A DNA stretch of 64,000 nt from the human T2T-CHM13v2.0 reference genome, Homo sapiens. Positions 56,736 to 64,000 of the stretch are shown here, in pieces. A program made the translations under genes and the position numbers. Where the stretch lies: assembly GCF_009914755.1 (NCBI RefSeq), contig NC_060928.1; one strand, 5' to 3'. The first letter of the stretch is position 1; each line of letters opens with the position of its first letter. The notes under the pieces were generated by a model, which was not told the DNA's origin, ran no database searches, and saw nothing but the letters and a program-made list of their open reading frames with translations.

Positions 56736-57449
56736 TGAGAGGTGACAGCATGCTGGCAGCCCTTGCTCACTCTTGGCGCCTCCTCAGCCTCGGTGCCCAC
56801 TCTGGCCACACTTGAGGAGTCCTTCAGCCTGCATCTGGACTGTGGGAGCCCCTCTCTGGGCTGGCCAAGGCTGGAGCTGGCTCCCTTTGCTTGCAGGGAG
56901 GTGTCAAGGGAGAGGTGCTGGCGGGAACCGGGGCTACACGCGGTGCTTGTGGACCAGCGTGAGTTCCAGGTGGGCGTGAGCTCATTGGGCCCCAGACTTG
57001 GAGCGGCCGCCCGGTGCCAACAGCCCAGGCAGTGAGGGGCTTAGCACCCTGGGACAGCAGCTGCGGAGGGTATGCCGGGTCCCCCAGCAGTGCCGGCCCA
57101 CTGGGGCTGCACTTGAATCCACGCTGGGCCTCAGCTGCCTCCCCATGGGGCAGAGCTCAGGACCTGCAGCCCACCATGCCAGAGCCTCCTCCCTGCTGTG
57201 GACTCCTGCGTGGCCTGAGCCTCCCCGATGAGCACCGCCCCCTGCTCCGCGGTGCCCGGTCCCGGTCCCATCGACTGCCCAAGGGCTGAGGAGTGTGGAC
57301 ACATGGCTTGGGACTGGTGGGCAGCTCTGCCTGCGGCCCTGGCACAGGATCCACTAGGCGAAGCCAGCTGGGCTCCTGAGTTGGGTGGTGACTTGGAGAA
57401 CCTTTATGTCTAGCTAAAGGATTGTAAACACACCAATCAGCACCCTGTG
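56736..57449 (+). mobile_element. 3'-truncated LTR12C/E (GC-rich 5' part)
   Basis: Starts tgagaggtgacagcatgctggcagccc; ends after the first CCAAT unit; CpG-rich, with a NotI site at 57003-57010. Confidence 0.93.
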
Positions 57450-58078
57450 AATAGAGCACTCATAAACATAAGAATGCAGATATCTCTTTGATTCATCGAT
57501 TTTCTTTCCTGTAGATATATAGCCAGCAGTGGGATTGGTGGATCACATGGTAGAATTTAGCAGAGAATCCGTTAAGTTCCTTAGATTTTATTTGATGGAA
57601 GACATTTTATTACTGCTTTGATCTTACTACTTGTCACTGGTCTCTTTAAGTTTTTTATTTCTTCATGGTTCAGTCTTGGAAGATTGTATACATCCAGGAA
57701 TTCATTCATTTCCTCTAGGTTTTCCAATTTGTTGTTATATAGTTGTTCGTAATAGAATCTAATGATTCTTTGTATTTCTGTGGTATCAGTTGTAATATTT
57801 CCCTTTTTATCTCTGATTTTATTTGGGTCCTCTCTTTTTTATTATTCTAGCTAAATGTTTGACGATTTTGTTTATCTTTTGAAAAAAGCCAACTTTTCCT
57901 TTTGTTTATCTGTATGTTGTTTAGTCTCACTTTTTATCTCTGCTCTGATCTTTATGATTTCTTTTATTCTACTATTTTTGGGTGTTTTTGCTTTTATAGT
58001 TTCTTGAGATGTATTGTTAGATTGTATGTTTAGACTTTTTCTATGTTTTATTGCTATAAACTTTCCTCTTAGTACCTC

Positions 58079-60732
<2,654 letters not shown>

Positions 60733-62888
60733 CTTTATTTCCTTCTTAATTTCTTTATTGAACATTGGTCATTTAGGAATATGTGTTTAATTTCCATGTA
60801 TTGGTAAAATTTCCAAAATTCCTTGTGTTATTGATTTCTAGTTTCATTTCATTTTGGTCAGAAAATATGCTTGGTATAATTTTTACTTTTCTGAATTTGT
60901 TGAGGTTGTTTTTGGAGCCTAACATATGGTCTATCCTGAAAACGTTTTAAGTGCTAATGAGAAGACTATGTATTCTGCAGCAGTTGGATGGAGTGTTCTA
61001 TAAATGTTAGGTCCATTTGTTCTAGAGTATAGTTAACTCTCATGTTTCTTTGTTGATTTTCTGCCTGGATGATCTGTTCATTGCCAGAAATGGGGTGTTG
61101 AAATCCCTAACTGTTATTGTAGTGTAGACTATCCCTGCCAATAAATCTAATATTTGTTTTATGTAACTGGGGGCTCCAGTTTTGGGTGCCTATTTGTTTA
61201 CTATTGTTATATCTTGCTGAATTGACCCACTTATCATGATATAACAACCTTCTATGGGTCTTTTTACAGTTCTTGACTTGAAATCTATCTTATCTGATAT
61301 AAGCTCAGTTACCCTGGCTCTCTTAAGGTTTTCATTTTTATGAAATATTTTTTCCATCCCCACACTTTCTGTGTGTCTTTACACATGAAGTGAGTTTCTT
61401 CTAGGCAGCATATAAGCGGGTCTTGTTTTTTAATCCTTTCAGCCACTTTTAATTGGATAATTTAGTCAATTTATGTTCAATGTCATAATTGATAGTTAAA
61501 GCCTTACTACTTTCATTTCTTGCTTGTTTTGTGGGTTGTTTTGTAACTCTTCTCTTATTCTCTTTCATTTTACAGTCTTCCTTTGTGGTTAAATAATTTT
61601 GTCTGGTAGTATGCATTAATTTATTCCTTTTTATTATTAGTGTGCCTATTATAGATTTTTGCTTTGTGGTGGTAACCTAAGAAGCATACCAAAAGCATTC
61701 TATAATTACAAGTATTTAAAACTGATACCAATGTACTGTGATCACACAAAAAATAAAACAAACAAACAACTCTCTAAAAATCCTGTGCAAACTAACTCCC
61801 TTCTCCACCAACATTTTGATTTTTTGATGTCACAATTTACATTTTGTATCACTTAACTTTTATCGAGTTGTTTTTTTTTTAACAGTTTTGTCTTTTAGTC
61901 TTCTTACTAACAATATAAGTGGTTTAAGTACAATAATTAAAATATTAGAGTAACAATCATATTAGCTTCCTTTTCTTTCAATTTGAATAGCTTTCATTAG
62001 CATTTCTTGTATGACAGGTCTGGTAGCAATAAATCCCCTTAGCTTTTCTATTTCTAGGAAAGTCCTTATTTGTCTTTCATTTCTGAAAAATAACTTTGCT
62101 GGGTACAGTGTTCTTGATATAATTTTTTTCTTCAGTATTCTGAATACATTGTTGCACTTCCTCTTTGCGTGTAAGGTTTCTCCTGCAAAGTCTGACACCA
62201 GGTGCATTGGATCTCTCTTACATGTTATTTGCTTCTTTTCTCTTGTTGCTTTCAGGATCCTCTCTTTGTCTTGGACATTTGAGAATTCAATTATAATTTC
62301 TGGAAGTATTCTTATTTGGGTTGAATTGGATTGGTGAATGTTGGCCTTCATGTACCTAGATATTTATATATTTCTCCAGGTTTTCAAAGGTTTAAAGTTA
62401 TTATTCATTTGAATAAGCTTACTTACACTTTGTCTTTCTCAGTTCTCTAACTTCAATAACTTGGATACTTGCCATGTTGATGTTGTTCCATAGGACCCAT
62501 AAGCTTGGTTTAATTTTTCACTATTTTTCTTTTTTCCTCCTCTGATTGTACATTTTCAAATAGTCCATCTTCAAGTTTACTGATTCTTTTTTCTGTTTGA
62601 TTAGTCCTGCTCTTGATGCCCTCTATTGCATTTTTTTTTTATTTCATTCATTGTGTTTAGTAGGTCCAGGATTTCCTTTTTTTAATTTTAATATCTTTGT
62701 TAAAATTTCTCTGGCAAGTTTTTGAATTAATTATCTGTGTTTTCTTGAAGTTCATCAAGCTTCTTTAAAACAGCTATTTTGTATTCTTTGTATGAGAGAT
62801 TACACATCTTCATCACTATAGGGCCAGTCTTTAGTGCCTTATTTTGTCCATTTGGTTACATCCTATTTTCCTGTATGTTCTTGATACC

Positions 62889-62940
62889 TTTGGAAGTGTG
62901 ATGATGTCTGCCCATTTGGAAGTGTGATGATGTCTGCCCA
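62889..62940. repeat. Perfect 26-bp tandem duplication
   Basis: tttggaagtgtgatgatgtctgccca x2. Confidence 0.97.
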
Positions 62941-63224
62941 TTAAGTATGTATTTTAGTCTTTACAATCTGACTTTGATTGTGCCTGTCCTTCTTCACAGG
63001 AGCATCTAGGAATTCTAAACTGACTGTTGTATGCCCTGAGCCTATATCTACTGCATCTATCTTAGCATTAGAGGACATTCTTAGCCCAAGTCTAGGAGAG
63101 CTGCAAAGGTTGTAGCGTTGGCATGGCTTTCTGGCCCTGATGGACCTGGGGAAGGCCCAGTGAGGGTACTAAGGCTGTGTAGGAATGCTGGCCAGGGACC
63201 TGAATTCAAAAGGCTGTCTCAGTG

Positions 63225-63770
63225 TCCCAGATGGACATGTATCCCTGCAGGTCTCTGCACAAACAGGATGGGTCCTACTCTGCACATACAGAGTATTTCT
63301 CAGGAGGGGCCAGAGATGAGACTAGGCCCCTTCAGGATCTGCTGTGGAATGAAGACTGGCATGCCTGTCACATTGGCTTAGATGGGTGTGCATCTCCCAG
63401 TAGGTTCCTACACAGATGAGATAGTTCCTCAACTATAGTAGGGGACCTAGAGTTGAGCCTGGGATCTGGTGTGGGACAGAGGCTGAAAGCCTGGTCTCTT
63501 CAAAGAGTGGTATGCATTACCCAGCAAGTTCCTACACAGATAGGACATTTTCTTGACTGCAAAGAGAGAGACTAGACTGAAACTGGGCCCCCTTGGAATC
63601 TGCTATGGGACAGAGGCTAGAGAGCCTGTCACATTGTCCCAGACAGGTATGAGGCTGTTAGCACATCCCTACACAGGTGGGATAGTTTCCAGTTGCAGCA
63701 AAAGGGACCAGAGCTGTGATTAGACCTCCTTGGGATCTGTTGTGGGATGGAGGTTGGCAAGCTTGTCTGG
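63225..63770. repeat. Degenerate ~127-137-bp tandem monomers in the L1 5' UTR (~4 copies)
   Basis: 'g(g/a)atctg.t(g/a)tgg' recurs at ~63335, 63462, 63596 and 63733, alternating with 'cctacacag...gatag'. Confidence 0.75.
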
Positions 63771-64000
63771 AAGGCTTAGAATCTTAGACTGTGAGATATG
63801 GGTGAGTCTCCCTCCGGGTCCCTGTGAGAGTGACTCTGAGCTAGGAACTCAGCTAAGGAAAGCTGAAGAAGCACCACAGGACAACATTCAGGTTCACTGC
63901 AGAGACTGATGTCAATGGGCTAATAAGCCCTTCCACCAAGGCACTAATGTGCATCATTCCTTGTGGACCCCTTGACAGATGGCTTTGCTTAAAAGCTCAA

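Noticed and set aside
56742-57459. GC-rich region and multiple ORFs as a CpG-island gene start
   Set aside because: Entirely LTR12 U3 sequence; the ORFs reflect the scarcity of stop codons at high GC

Overview
AT-rich primate (human-like) nuclear DNA, identified from AluY/AluS/AluJ, L1PA, THE1/MST and LTR12 elements. Over half of the window is recognisable transposable-element sequence: L1, L2, MIR, Alu, MaLR/ERVL/ERV1 LTRs and DNA transposons. I see no intact cellular protein-coding ORF, RNA gene or CRISPR array. The ORFs in the track that I can recognise are repeat-derived (L1 ORF1/ORF2, THE1 internal, Alu, LTR12). Structurally clear events are a 5'-inverted (twin-primed) L1PA with a perfect 14-bp TSD, a solo LTR12 with a CCAAT array, a truncated LTR12 with microhomology at its deletion junction, two full-length THE1 elements and several short tandem duplications. 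The most interesting but unproven observation is a set of AG/GT-bounded exon-like blocks on the + strand in non-repeat DNA (about 1.3-2.4, 6.5-8.0, 17.3, 36.8-39.0, 51.4-52.1 and 55.5 kb). Several join in phase with few or no stops, suggesting a decayed or unannotated multi-exon gene whose protein I could not name. Subfamily names come from remembered consensus features, not from a database search.
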